A stretch of 64,000 nt of DNA from Marsupella aquatica (GCA_973895155.1 OZ316892.1:22917168-22981167); one strand, 5' to 3'; counted from the first letter of the stretch, positions 1 through 13,300 are shown. Notes: generated by a model not told the origin, from the letters alone. Made by a program: numbers and translations.

Positions 1-1548
1 CAAAGTCTGATGGTCAGACTAGATGGGTTGTTATGTAAAGAATTTGGTGGGATTGGTCGTTCTCGCACGGAGCCTTTCTTGACATTTTTTAGTGAGAATT
101 TGATGAAGACGACCGTGCCGGAAATGCTACAAGAGCCTTCGCCTTTGTGTCCTCTTGCCATTGTTGACTTCAGTAGGCTTCGACAACATGTTTGGACCGA
201 TGCTGAAATTATTGCATTACTGCAATACATTGTGGATCTTCCAAGAAATCCAACAATTGTTGTTGTCATGACTGTGCATCCGGGGCCACTTGCTGCAAAC
301 ATTTTGAGTGCCCTTAGGAAATTGCAACATGAAAAGGGAATGGACATCCACGTCGACTACGGGAGCTATCGACGGAGTGATACACCAGTTCCAGAGGGCT
401 TACTTTTCAGTTGTGGTATGGAGGAGATAATCTTTGCAGGAATCACCACTGAGGAGAAATTTGATTGGAAGCAAGTGTTCAGGCCTGGATTTAATTGCCA
501 ATTTTCTTACAATTCGGCGATCGACCCTGATTTCCAAGTGGAAGACAAGACGGAGAAGCAAGATAAGAATAAGAGTAAGACAAGTAAGGAGACAGAGACT
601 GAGTCAACTTCGGCATTTCACATTGGAGATTTCTTACGAAAGGCTCCCATGTTTGAGATGGTGGGAAGTAGAGGTGGCTTTGTGAATATTCACGCTAAGC
701 CAAAATGTATGCTGCAGAGTATTATTGAATTTTTTTCGGCTGAAGGGGAGACTATACTTGACTTTTTCTCGGGAGGACAGGTTATGAAGGTGTCATTGTT
801 GTGTTTCAGAGAATGCTTTGTGTATTCAGACACTAAGGATGAATATGATTTCACTCAGGCATATGGAAGGGTTCTCTGCGTGAAAGTTCCTTCCATAATG
901 AGTGACCGGATGGGCGGTTCCAAATTTGGTAGAGCCCGCGATGGGGTTTCCGTGCATGTTGGTGCCAAAGAAGGCGTAGACCAGGGCGAAGATGATATTG
1001 AGGAAGGAGAATTGGGTCACGACACAGACGACAGGGTCACCCAAAATTTGGATGAACGTGGAACACAAGTGGTAGGTATTCCCTACTTTGGTGTGGGGTT
1101 GGCTAATGTTGTGGGTCGACCTGAGGGCGACCCACCAAGAAATCCCTTTGCCGGTGTAGAGAATTGGATGCACCAATCGGACCCAGATCTTACATCGTCC
1201 ACATCGGATGCACATTGGAAGGCAACCGCAGATGGTCTAGGCAATATTGACGCAGTAGAATTGGGAGAAATGTTAGACATTGGGCTTGCAAAGGAGGATG
1301 ATCGTCAAGTACCTGAGACCGCTGCAAATGAAGAAGAGAAGGCAGGTGCTTCAAATCCTCCCCTGTCTCCTCTATATTGCTCATCAGAGACTAAATTGGT
1401 TTTTACAAGTGCTTCTACAGGAAGCCCCATAGTATTATCATTTTCACAAAATTCTGGATCTGAGATCGGCAAGACTGGATATATGAAAACAGTCCGTCCT
1501 GCAACTCATTTTATATGGAGAAATGGACCAAATGGAACAATTTGCTAA
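1..1548 (+). CDS. N4/N6 DNA methyltransferase-like (beta-class fold) protein, probably catalytically degenerate; open at the 5' window edge
   Basis: VNIHAKPKCMLQSIIEFFSAEGETILDFFSGG...R.CF matches the N6_N4_Mtase C-terminal signature (xxKPxxL...S.EGD.VLDPFxGSG, motifs X-I). The expected DPPY/SPPY position appears degenerate (AIVDFS). The frame is open from base 1, no introns are visible, and the C-terminal tail is acidic and low-complexity. Confidence 0.6.
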   Translation, partial: QSLMVRLDGLLCKEFGGIGRSRTEPFLTFFSENLMKTTVPEMLQEPSPLCPLAIVDFSRLRQHVWTDAEIIALLQYIVDLPRNPTIVVVMTVHPGPLAANILSALRKLQHEKGMDIHVDYGSYRRSDTPVPEGLLFSCGMEEIIFAGITTEEKFDWKQVFRPGFNCQFSYNSAIDPDFQVEDKTEKQDKNKSKTSKETETESTSAFHIGDFLRKAPMFEMVGSRGGFVNIHAKPKCMLQSIIEFFSAEGETILDFFSGGQVMKVSLLCFRECFVYSDTKDEYDFTQAYGRVLCVKVPSIMSDRMGGSKFGRARDGVSVHVGAKEGVDQGEDDIEEGELGHDTDDRVTQNLDERGTQVVGIPYFGVGLANVVGRPEGDPPRNPFAGVENWMHQSDPDLTSSTSDAHWKATADGLGNIDAVELGEMLDIGLAKEDDRQVPETAANEEEKAGASNPPLSPLYCSSETKLVFTSASTGSPIVLSFSQNSGSEIGKTGYMKTVRPATHFIWRNGPNGTIC

Positions 1549-1751
1549 CATAGTGGAGGAAGGGTTTGACCCAGGTATACTTTGGATCTAAAAAATGGCA
1601 ATTGAATGTAATTAATGTTTTTCTAGGAGGGTCGCCCCAGGGTCGTTCCTCTCTACTTCAAATGCTATAACAAAGTTTGTTTGATTTCAAATTTTGAGAG
1701 TTTTCCTCCGTAGTAATTGTTTAAACTTTGAGTTGCATTGACTAAGGGCTT

Positions 1752-2807
1752 ATGTTAATGTTTCCAGAATTCACTCCAATACTACACTCTCCAATTCGGC
1801 GAAAGCTCTTGGTTCTTGACCTTAACAAGATTTGTTGGGATTGCATTAAGACCAAAAGCTCAGGACCATGGCGAAATCAGACAAGTTTACGTGGTGTGCA
1901 CTGGGGGAGACGTGGAGGGTTTAATTTCATGTATGTGGAGCGCCCATACCTCCACGAATTTCTATATGCAGCTTTCATGGTTTTTGACGTCGCAATTTGG
2001 ACCTGTGCAAGGAGGCCAAAAACAATGGACTTAATGGAGTTGATTTTCACTAAGGAGGAGCGACAGAAGTTCAAGTTTGTCTTTACTCAAGAAGATACTT
2101 TTGATAGTTGCATCCAAAGGCTAGATATAACAGATGGGAAGGCCAATTTACTTCTGAAGAATTTGCAAACCATTTGGGACCGTTTTCCAGAAAAATATGA
2201 TGCTTCTAATACAGTTCTTATTGATGATTCTCCATTGAAGGCATTTTTGAATTATGACGTGAATGGATTGTTTCCAAATCCATTTACTCACACAGCTTCA
2301 AATGACACTTTTTTGCCCGAGATATTATGGCCGTATCTTTGCAAATTGAGAAAGGCTTACTGCGTTCAACATTATATCACTGTCAACAATCCAAAGTGGT
2401 CTGTTTTCAATTTATTAACAAGCAAGGAGGATCATGTTGCCATCTATGCTCTTTTGGAACAGAAGTGGGGAGATTGTCGTTGTATCCATAGGGAGTTTGG
2501 AACCATCTTGGATGTGACTCCTGAAGAGATTCCTTGGGATGGAAAGAACGAGGTGCAGCATTACCCACCACTGGAGACGTGGACCACGGATGAGATCGAA
2601 GAAACCGCAAACATAATACTTGGAGACAACTATTCTGGTCCTCATACACAAAATAGAAGGCATTTTATTTGGAAAGTTCTCAGAACTAGGGATCTCACCA
2701 ATAAGTTTAAGAACCACCATGCGAGAGATACTTGCAACCGTGACATCCGCTATGATAAATCAGGAAGCAGACTTTCTTGTTCAAATGAGTTTTGTCTTGA
2801 TCATTAG
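1752..2807 (+). CDS. FCP1/NIF (CTD-phosphatase-like) HAD domain protein, intronless
   Basis: KLLVLDLNK (DxDxT variant), ERPYLHEFL, FDVAIWT, LLKNL..IW and NTVLIDDSPLKA are NIF/FCP1 homology domain motifs in the expected order. Confidence 0.8.
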   Translation: MLMFPEFTPILHSPIRRKLLVLDLNKICWDCIKTKSSGPWRNQTSLRGVHWGRRGGFNFMYVERPYLHEFLYAAFMVFDVAIWTCARRPKTMDLMELIFTKEERQKFKFVFTQEDTFDSCIQRLDITDGKANLLLKNLQTIWDRFPEKYDASNTVLIDDSPLKAFLNYDVNGLFPNPFTHTASNDTFLPEILWPYLCKLRKAYCVQHYITVNNPKWSVFNLLTSKEDHVAIYALLEQKWGDCRCIHREFGTILDVTPEEIPWDGKNEVQHYPPLETWTTDEIEETANIILGDNYSGPHTQNRRHFIWKVLRTRDLTNKFKNHHARDTCNRDIRYDKSGSRLSCSNEFCLDH

Positions 2808-4685
2808 GAGATAGGGTTGCTCTAGTGCCTACCCTGAATTGTACATTCATATTATGTCTTGAAAGGATATGTTTTGAACATGTAGGATAAAGTAAATAAT
2901 TAGGATATATGCTTAGTGTGAGGCTCTCTCACTGGACTGGACAATTTAATAATTATATAGTGGGTCAATCTCATTTTGACCCTTGATTTATGACCATCTA
3001 TATTTTTTAATTTATAGATGGTCTGAGTGGTATTGGCCTCTGATTGTTGGACTAAATTAAATTACTCTAATTTTTAAATTAATTAGAATATATGATTTAA
3101 GTTATTATTAAACATTTGGGTGAAAAAAACAAAATTTTGGGCATTCAAAAGTGTATATTTGGGCTGGAAAAAATTAGCTTTTGGGAATGCTTTAATAGAA
3201 ATTTGGCCTGAACAAAAATAACTTTAGGGTTCATCTTATGGACTTTTAAAAGAACAGTTTTAATGAATATAGTGATTTCACCACTTGCTTAGGAAAAAAT
3301 GTCTCCATAATCCAACCACCACGGAGGCTTCACGCCATAATGACATTTTGTAAAGTGACACACTACGGGATAGCACATTCTAATCAAGCTGCATGTCATT
3401 TTACCCTCTTGGCCCAACAGAATAAGAAAAAACCTCTCACAAAATTATTGTGCCTACTTGACAAGGTTTTGGATGTCCACTACAGACTTGTCAAAGCTCA
3501 ACATGTGTCCATGTTGCCACTTGGCGAGGAGTCCCTTGCACTAGTACGTGTTGTAGGTACCCCTGGTAATGTGCGTTTTGTCCTCGTGATAGAGGACAAC
3601 AGAGTTTTGTTGCTCTTCTCACCCTCTCGATTCTGCCTCTCTGAAGCCAAGTAAGCATTCAGATCTATGCTGCCAGCTGAGGCCTGGCGGCCATGCAAAG
3701 ATTTTGTTAGTGTGTAATTTCATCGTTGGCAATTCGAGATTCTCCATGAGCTGTGGCATTTTGATTTGAAAGAAGCCTTTTTGGTCACCAAGAAGGAAAG
3801 CGGGGATTAATTGGGGAATCCGGGTTGGCTCTCCGGATTCAAAGCTTGCGTTAGAGAGGCAAAGATTTGGAGGAGTACCAAACTCTCACATTGATGTACT
3901 GACTTTAGTATACTGTACAGAGAACTCTGCTGGGTTTGTAGGAGGACTGCATCATTTATCCCACATTAACGAGTTGTACATTACAGTCTTGTAGTTCAAG
4001 CTCATGGACGAGCGCTCCTCTTCTTCTTCTTCTCTAGAGACCAAAATTATACCCGTGAGCTCAGTGCACCCCCTCTTTCATTTCATTGACTAAGACCCAA
4101 TTGGTATTGATTGCAATACCAAGTTAGATTGTCAGGTCGGTCTTAATGTGGTGATGTAGACAAGCTTTCTAAATTGTCAAGAAAAGTCGGTTGTGAAGAG
4201 CAGGAGCCACAGCCTTGTGTTCGATTACAGACTCGGCGATTGCCATGAGGGAAATACCTTGACCACATTATATGAGAAGATTCATTGAGTTCGGAGATTT
4301 TGGGGGAATCATTTGCACGTTGGTGTAGGGAATGATTTAAGAGAGGTATTCCACTGATATAGTTGAGGATTGGTTCTGAATCTGCCTTCAGTGATTATAG
4401 CTAAAGAGAGGAGAGGAGTAGGCGTTCTTTGAAACAGTTGAGGAGGCAATGGAGTCACAGAGATGTAAATCTTTACTATTCCAGGATATCACAGACTGAA
4501 TGTTAGCACTCAGCTCAGAGTACCAAGGTTGTGAATCTACAAGGAAGGTGAGAAAATTTCCTTGGGCCAAAGAAAGTTGGTCTGGCAGAACTTTAGGTGT
4601 AAAGCGTGAGAAGACAAAGTGACGGTTCCAGGAGTAGCATCACAGAGGGGCTCACAAAGCGTATATTGGAAGAAAACATTGAGCA

Positions 4686-5017
4686 ATGGCACCAGCAAGG
4701 CGACTAGCGAGTGGAGTTCTGGCCGCTCTCAAATCCAGGAATGTAGCTTATGGGCTGGTACCTGTTCTTCATGATTCAACCATATCCAATTTTGGAGACA
4801 ATAGAAGATGGATCAGTGGTCTAACCGAACCAGACGTCAATATCAAGGCATTCACGAGTGGGGCATTGAGAGGCAATTCAACGGATGTAGCTATCATAGG
4901 AGGAGGAATAGTTGGACTTGCTGTAGCTCGAGAGATTGTGAATCGCTTCCCAAAAGCCACTGTGTGCATTGTGGAGAAGGAGAAGCATCTCGTTGAGCAC
5001 CAAACTTCCCACAATAG
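4686..5017 (+). pseudogene. L2HGDH: Orphan first exon of mitochondrial L-2-hydroxyglutarate dehydrogenase (FAD-dependent oxidoreductase)
   Basis: Transit-peptide-like N-terminus, then DVAIIGGGIVGLAVARE...VEKE..LVEHQTSHN, then a GT donor at 5018. No downstream exon (SGVIHAGIYY) was found before TOP3B. Confidence 0.65.
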
Positions 5018-6769
5018 GTATTATTGAACCTACTTAGGTTTCGACTGCGTCTATTTGATCTTCTGGAATTTGCTCTCTTAACAAATAATTTCTCACCGAT
5101 TCCATTCTACTTTAATTAGAAGATACTTTTATTGGAGGTGCGGCAATCTTGAACTCAAATGAAAATATTGAGCTGTCCCTCTCTTTGTATATTATCTTGG
5201 ACGTCAATACAACATTCAGTATTTTAATAGACAAAAGAGAAAATGCTTCTTGTGGGATGAAATTTAAATTGAAGATCAAAGAGCCCTGGCACCTTCAGGT
5301 TTAGCTGGAGCGTTTTGACGCCATGCAACAACAAAAAATTGAGTTTTGTATTTGAGTTTTTTGGATATTGTTCAAATTTGTTTCATTAACTCCAAGACGT
5401 TGTTGAGATTGGTTTCTCTTAGAATATGATGTGTCTCTAGAACGGGTGTGATGGACTGAGTAGTACACAAAGATCAACTAAATTATGCGGGAAGCCGATT
5501 GTGCAACCAAATTTCCACATGGGGAGTCAAATTGTTGGTTTCTTTTTAAAAAGGATTGCCAAAATTGCAGCCCTTGCTATGGCTTCTAATTGTTGATCTA
5601 GTTTGTCCTTCAATTCTCGAGGGAATGAAGATTTCCAAGTTATATTATTGAGTTCTCACTCGTTAATTCCAGGACCCTGAGTGTTGTGCCATAAATTATT
5701 ATGAACATGATTTCTTTCAACTACACAAGCCCTCAAGTAGTCCATGTTCCGGCACATGATTGGCAACACCAAACACTACACCGACAAGAATACCTTTCTC
5801 GTGCCATTGACTTGGATAAATTGAGCTGTTAAGATTGATTTTGACAACAAAATTAGCAACTGAATGATGAACGGAATTGGAAATTGTCTTCAAGGAACAA
5901 ATTTGTTTTCGTTCAAGAAATCCTTCTAGCATGAGCATTCATCAAGCCCATCATCAGGTAGAATTGATACTGCAAAATGATTTTAATGCCTTATAAATCT
6001 ATTGCGAAAGTCCCTACTTCTCCCACTCCAATTTGATCTAAGAAGTTTGATCAAAGACACTGATCATTGACAAGTTTTTCCTCACCAATGTCACTTTTGA
6101 GCAAGGGAGTAATATATTAGACTAACTAGAGAATTTTTGAACCCAAACAATCTCCCTTTATTGCCACTTAAATTGTCAAAATTGAGCTTGCTGCAATCAT
6201 GGGCTCACCAGTCTATGTAGCAATTTGCGGTGGATTGTCAGGTTTCCCCCGCCCCCCTCCCTCCCTCCCTCCCTCCCCCCCCAACCCAAAGGATTACCAA
6301 GGTCTGCTGGACCTGCTCTCTTTGGTGCATGTAAGTGCCAGAACGTTGATTATCACAAGGTTTCAGTCTGTGAACGGAGTTGGGACGAGCAATTATACAC
6401 TACTTTGTGCTTCCAAGGTCTAGTGGTCAAGGCGTCCCCTGTAACCATTACTCAAGCGTGATGGTGGTGCCAGTCCGCATGTGGTGGATTTCAGGTCTAG
6501 GCATGCCCTGCCCAAAGTATGCCCAATTTAAATGGACTATAACATGAGATAATGGCATCCGTTGTGGACATGCCTTATAAGGTTACCATCGGGGCCTTCA
6601 CGGCTCAGCTTTAGGCTATGGGGTCTGCCTTTAGACCAAATTTCTCGAGATGATAACTTCCATGTCCTAGTTTCCTTGGTTAAAGAGTAGTCCCTAGATG
6701 AGTGGGACATTATCCATAAAGCATCATGTGTACTCTTTGCAATAACTGATAAATTCTGTATAACAAATA

Positions 6770-7015
6770 GACACTGAACTGAACTGATCCCAATCCATAA
6801 TTAACCAATAAACAAATCCTTAGTTCATCCTCAAACATGCGACTTTACTGAGCCTAATCCCGAATTAACCATAAACACGGGACTGTACTGAACGAATTAA
6901 GGATAAACACGGGACTGTACTGAACGAATTCAGGATAAACACGGACTGTACTGAGACTAATCCAGAATTAACCATAAACACGGGACTGTACTGAGCCTAA
7001 TCCAGGACTAACCCA
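6770..7015. repeat. Imperfect tandem repeat (~31-41 bp units, ATAAACACGGGACTGTACTGA core) upstream of TOP3B
   Basis: The core ataaacac(g)ggactgtactga recurs at about 6871, 6903, 6935 and 6974, with degenerate copies further upstream. Confidence 0.85.
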
Positions 7016-7321
7016 CAAACGCGTGACCAGAGTTTGGCCGCGAAAACCGAAACTCGTGTCCAAACTCCAAACGTGAGAACTCGAGAAGTGAGACGAAACT
7101 CGTTAGAGAATCGGATTCGACTCTGTGGAATTGAGGAAATCATTTCGACGATTGGCGAAGCTCGCGTGTAATCACTTCTCTCTCGATGGATCCGCTGCGA
7201 GTCCAGAATTCGAGCTTTTTCGATTCGCAAACGACGATCTAGCTCCGTGTGGTCGAGCTGCCCTTTTCGGATACGCGGTGCTCGAACGGAGCGAGAAATT
7301 AGGTCTACCGCTTTGGCAACG

Positions 7322-10300
7322 ATGGCGCCCGTTGTTCTCATGGTATGCGGCTCTCTTTCTCCATTGCTCATCGCTTTGACCTTTCGTGGGGCTCGTGTCT
7401 GTTTCTTAATTGTTTTTTTAATTTTTTTCGCATTTGAGATCGTCCTCTTAGGGTTCGGGGTTCAGGGTTTAGGGGTTTAGGTGCTATTGCGGAGAATTAA
7501 TTCTCGCCGAGGTATAAATTCAACAGATCATTCGCCGTGAACTTAGACAGCATGCTTCAAAAATCTGAACTACGTTGGAAATGCTAGTGGTGCTGCATTG
7601 AATTCTATCACGGTAATCTTGGCTCCAGAAGATATCTGGAAAACAAGCATAAGCTTATCAGAGGTGGAAGTCTACATGTTTGCTGGAAAGGCAAGATCTT
7701 GCCATGCCGAGGCTGCAAAATACCTACAGCCTTTTGAGATGTATATATTTGTTCCATTTCGCTGAGGGGTTATTAGTTTGACCCTGCTTAATTGTTTTAT
7801 CTCGCATGTGTCTGCAACAGGTGGCTGAGAAGCCGAGCATTGCGCTTTCAATTGCTCAAACACTTTCGTCTCACCGGGTATTGTCAGCTTCCCTGTAAAT
7901 TTTCCGGATACGTTTATATATGTGGCACTTAATGCTGACTTATGCAATGTACTCGGCGAGTCTTGTGTATACCTTACCGGTGTTTAGTTTTAGGGAGGTA
8001 GAAGGCACAATTGGTTAATTCTGCACACATACGAATAACCTGACTATTGATCTGATCTATAGGAAAGTAAAATCAAACAATCACAAAGTTAATTCCTTGT
8101 GAGATTTAGTCAGCATTGCTTTGGATGATAATCTTACATCACTCCTATCATCTCAAGTCACTCCCGACCGACTGCTTTGTAGTTTTAGCGGTTCCCTCAC
8201 TGAACCTGTACTTACTTAAAGGGATTTCTCATTGTTAAATTGTGGCCAGATGACAACAAGGAGATCGTTTCTAGAAGTCCATGAGTTTGATGGAACATTT
8301 AAGGGGACAACTGTGCGTTACAAAGTTACTTCGGTGATTGGTCATGTGTTAAGGTTACTCCTTACTTCGTATCTCTCGTGTAACTTTCTTCCTCTCATTG
8401 TAGTAGCGAGTGGTTTGGGGTCCCCTTGTAGTTCATCTTTATCAGACTAATGCCCAAACATTGTGGCCTCTCCGTCCAACTTCTCAGCTTGAGGGGCTCC
8501 CACTGATTTTCTGGGCTCAATGAAGACGACTCCATAAAAATTCTTTCAACTACAGACGGAGGAACAGAAAATTGGCATTTCATGCTTCTTCTTCTAAGAA
8601 TATGTATGATGTTTATCTAATATATTCAAGCTAGTGTCTATTTCAAAACCTAATGATTGCTTCTCACATTCATTCGCTTGGTTAATCCTTGTGCCAATGT
8701 GCAGCATTGACTTTCCTCCAAGGTATCAGAACTGGGATACCACAGACCCGTTGGATCTCTTTGAAGCTCCTACGATCAAGACAGAATCCAATCCCAAGGT
8801 ATTTCGCTACGTGTCTGTACTCTGTACCAAAGACTTTCTACTGCGTGGCTGGGGAGGGAATGATCGTACCAGGATCTTGGCGAATGGTTATCTTGCCGCT
8901 AGTGCATGATACAAAGTTTACAATGTTTTTACAAAGTACGATAACAGTTTTCTGCTTTGATGGCTGCTAGGCGCATGTTTGCAAGCATCTTCAGCAAGAA
9001 GGACGTGGCAGTGATTACCTTGTACTGTGGTTGGATTGTGATCGAGAAGGGGAGAATATATGCTTTGAAGGTGCTTGCTCTGAAATCGAAAACAGTCTGT
9101 CAGACTCTAATCCCATTTAGAAAATAGAACAAAATTTTCCCCTTATTTGACGCCTTTCGGTTTGTTCCCATCTCGATGAATTGAGCGTGCCTGCTAAAGC
9201 TTTGCTCTGGACTCCATTGCTCTCCGGTAGAATCTAATTATCTAGCATCATAGAGAACTCTAATGTCTTCAGTTGCAATTTCCTTCCTCTTACATTCTCC
9301 CTTGCCTCTGCAGTGATGGAGAGTGTCGTGCCAGCCATGAGAAGGGCTCATGGCCAACAAGTTTTCCGGGCACGGTTTTCTGCAATCAGTGAGAAAGATA
9401 TTCGGACTGCCATGAACGGCCTGGTAGAACCGAATCGAAATGAAGCATTAGCAGTTGATGCCCGTCAAGAAATTGATCTGAAAGTTGGAGTGGCATTTAC
9501 CCGTTTTCAAACCCGCTATTTCCAAGGCAAATATGGCAACCTTGACTCCAGTGTCATATCGTACGTCTAAATTTTGTTTCACCTTGTGCATCGTTGGGCA
9601 AGCAAAGTTTCAGAGGCACGAAAGTCTAAAGGATTTTTTCAATTCGTTGGCTTTTGCTGTTAAATTCGGTTACTACTTGTGTTAACGAGTAGGGTTGATT
9701 AATTGCTTATCTTAAAATTTATACTGTCATGTCGAGTGTAACAAATTCATTTTTTGATTGCTCTCACAGCTGCCTCCATTTTTCTCCTCAGAAAATTTCA
9801 TAAACAGAGGCAATCTCTACTGTATTTGCACAGTTTCACTCTCAGAACTGCATTGGTTTCCTTTTGTTCAGGTATGGACCATGCCAGACCCCCACACTTG
9901 GGTTTTGTGTAGAGCGCCACATCCATATCACCACTTTCTCTCCAGAGCCGTTTTGGGTCGTCCGACCACACGTAACTAAGGGAGGACATCAATTGCAACT
10001 TGAATGGGATCGTGCCAGAGTCTTTGATCGTGAGGTCAGTAACAGTCTAATGATTTGTACGGGGTATAATGTGTGTCAATGCCCAAGTCAGTCACTCTAT
10101 ATTGCTCTTTCGTGTCCTTTGTCTAAGAGAGTTGCAGGCAAAGTGCACTGTATATGATGATTACATTTCTGCCTATCGGACGTACAAAAACATTGTTGCA
10201 GTTTGTGTCAAACTTGAAGTTATGATGTCTGACAATAGTTTTCCCTGTAGAATTTTGACGAGTCATTGTTTTTGTATCAGGTGGGAATTATGTTCCAAAA

Positions 10301-13300
10301 GATGGTGATGGATGCTGGATCGTTGAAAGTGACAGACATTAGCAAGAAGGAAGAGCGAAAAGTTCGTCCAAGTGGTCTGAACACAGTTGAAATGCTGAAG
10401 GTCTGTACCGTGATAACCTTGTGAATATATCGTGAGGGTTTCTTTTGGATTTTTCAATCAGAATTTGTAATTGTGCACTATGTTGAGGGTTTTATTATTG
10501 GCATCAGTGCAGGGATTTTGAATGGAGTTGACCCAAGTTGGAAACTCTTATCTGTGATGCAGGTTGCTTCTAGTGCTTTGAACATTGGGCCTCATCATAC
10601 CATGCAAGTTGCTGAGCGGCTTTACACCCAAGGTTACATCAGGTGAAGCTTGCTCTATGCATATCGGACACAGACCCCAATGTATTATGTGTACACGTGC
10701 TTTATATGTTGCTTTGAACCTCCTCAAGGTAGTAAGCCTTGGTTTTTCATGATGTGTTGAAACAGTCTTGTCGCATTTAGAAAAGGATTTACGTGTTATG
10801 GTGACGAAAGGACCCCAGTTGACAAGGCCATGGTTGCTTTTCCAAACAGCTATCCACGCACAGAGAGCACAGCTTACCCATCAAGTTTTGATTTGCGAGG
10901 AACTCTAGGAATCCAACGGAATCATCCTATCTGGGGGGAGTATGCCGCCTCGCTACTGGCAAGTGGTCCTCACGCTCCCAAGTCAGGGGTTGACGCAGGT
11001 GACCACCCACCCATCACACCCATGCGGTGTGCCACAGAAGCAGAGTTGGGAGGTGATGCTTGGAGGGTTTATGAATATGTTACACGACATTTTCTGGGCA
11101 GTGTGAGTCCAGATTGCAGATACAGCAGGTATAAGAAACTAGGCAATGTTTATAGGGAAAGTTCAAAGGCTGAGTTTTGAACTCATTTTTCCAATATGAA
11201 AGGGAATTTATCTTATACTAATCAATGAAAATGCTGATGCAAAATGTCTCTCACGAATATGACAGGACAAAGGTGATCCTTATGGCTGGGGGAGAAAGAT
11301 TTTCAGTGAGTGGAAGAGCTGTTATTTCACCAGGGTTTACTGCTGCTATGCCATGGCTTGCTGTTACGGACGAGAGTTTACCTTCTTTCACAGCTGGGGA
11401 GTCGATGTCTCTCTCAGAAGTAGAGCTTTATCAGGTACTGTTGTGCTATGAAGTCCGTTGATTGCATGTGACGAGCATTGAAGTTGCTCTACGATAAGGG
11501 CTGACAGGCTATTACGTTTGCGGCTTTTTCAGGGACGGACATCACCTCCAAACTATCTTACAGAGAGTGAACTCATCTCACTAATGGAAAAGCACGGAAT
11601 TGGGACAGATGCATCCATTCCTGTACACATCAACAATATTTGCGAGCGAAACTATGCACAGGTTCGAACTTTCTATATAATTAGGTTGATGTTCGAACCA
11701 ATGCTATGTCCTATGTTGTTGATCAATTGATGTGTTTCTCGTTTGTATCGCAGATTGTCAGCTTCCCTCTATCTCATTGTCACGTATGAACTGTCTCGAT
11801 GGATTTATAATTCTACGTGCTTGGTGTCTAACAGGTGCAAGCAGGGAGACGCGTTGTACCCACAGCCCTCGGTATAACTCTAGTGAGAGGGTATCAGTAC
11901 ATTGATGTAGATCTATGTTTACCAGACATAAGGAGTTTCATTGAGCAACAGATCACACTGATTGCCAAGGGTCTAGCAGATCATGCAGCTGTTGTTCAGC
12001 ATTCTCTTCAAGAGTTTTCCGCTAAGTTCAAGTACTTTGTTTCTCAGGTAAGTACAGAATTGTTTTCCAAGTTGCAGCCCGCGTTGTCTACAAGAAAAGA
12101 GAATGCAACTCACAGGCTATCAATATGTGAATAAAAGCACAGACACATAGTGAGGGGAGTTTGGTCTATTGCTAATGACGCCTCATATGAAGGTCACATT
12201 ACAGTTCTGATAGAGTACCACTCGCTGCAACTGCCTCTGAATAAGTTCCTGGCAGTCAACGTGCAAACTCAGAATTCGTACGAGAAAGCCACATGCAACC
12301 TGCTAATCCTGGGTTACATGTTGGATTGGCAGATTGGCCGAATGGATTCCTTATTTGAAGCACAATTCTCCCCCCTTGCAGAGTCTGGTCGTCCACTTAG
12401 TAAGTGTGGCAAATGTGTTCGATACATGAAATATATCTCCATGCGACCTTCAAGGCTTTATTGCTCTGCTTGTGAAGAAGTTTACTCTCTTCCTCAAAAC
12501 GGATCAATCAAGGTATGTACACCAAGATTTTCCCACATTATTGCACTTTTAACGGGGAGCTGAATCGTTCTTTTCTATAAGTTGGGGATTTGAACATTCT
12601 GTTGATTGGAAATTGTTTTTGCAAACTTGAACGAGATTGTTTTTAGAGGGATACTTGGTGAGGGCAATATGGCATAAGCATTGCTGCTCCGATCATGGAA
12701 TATAAGCTATTGACATCAGGAAAACAATAGGCCTGAAATCTAGCCGCAATACTAGTAATTAAATTGCTCCGATGTCACTTCCCTGTTAATAAAGTAAATG
12801 TCGCTTTGTAAGTTTCCTGCCTCACCGATAACAATGTGACCGGTTGTTATGTGCAGCTTTACAAGGAGCTTACTTGTCCTTTAGATAACTTCGAGCTAGT
12901 TCTGTTCTCTTTGGCTGGGCCAGATGGGAAGTCCTATCCTCTTTGTCCGTATTGCTACAATCATCCTCCATTCGAAGGTGCTGGGAAGCTGTTTGGAGGA
13001 ATTGGTGCAGGAGGCAAGGAGCCTGGAAAGGGTGGCGGAGGCATGCCTTGTACTCTGTGTCCCCACCCCACATGTTCTCATTCAATGGCGAAGAAAGGGG
13101 TTTGTGCTTGTCCGGAGTGTGAAGGAACTCTGGTCCTCGATCCAGTGAGTGCCCCGAAGTGGAGGCTTGATTGTAACAAGTGTAGCTGTCTAGTGTATCT
13201 TCCTCAAAATGCACATCGAATATCAACCACTGATGAGAGATGTGAAGAGTGTGGATCAATTATTCTAGATGTGGACTTCAACAAGAACACGACACCTCTT

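Noticed and set aside
3400-4600. Short ORFs that might be a decayed gene or LINE
   Set aside because: No recognisable domain in the frames read.
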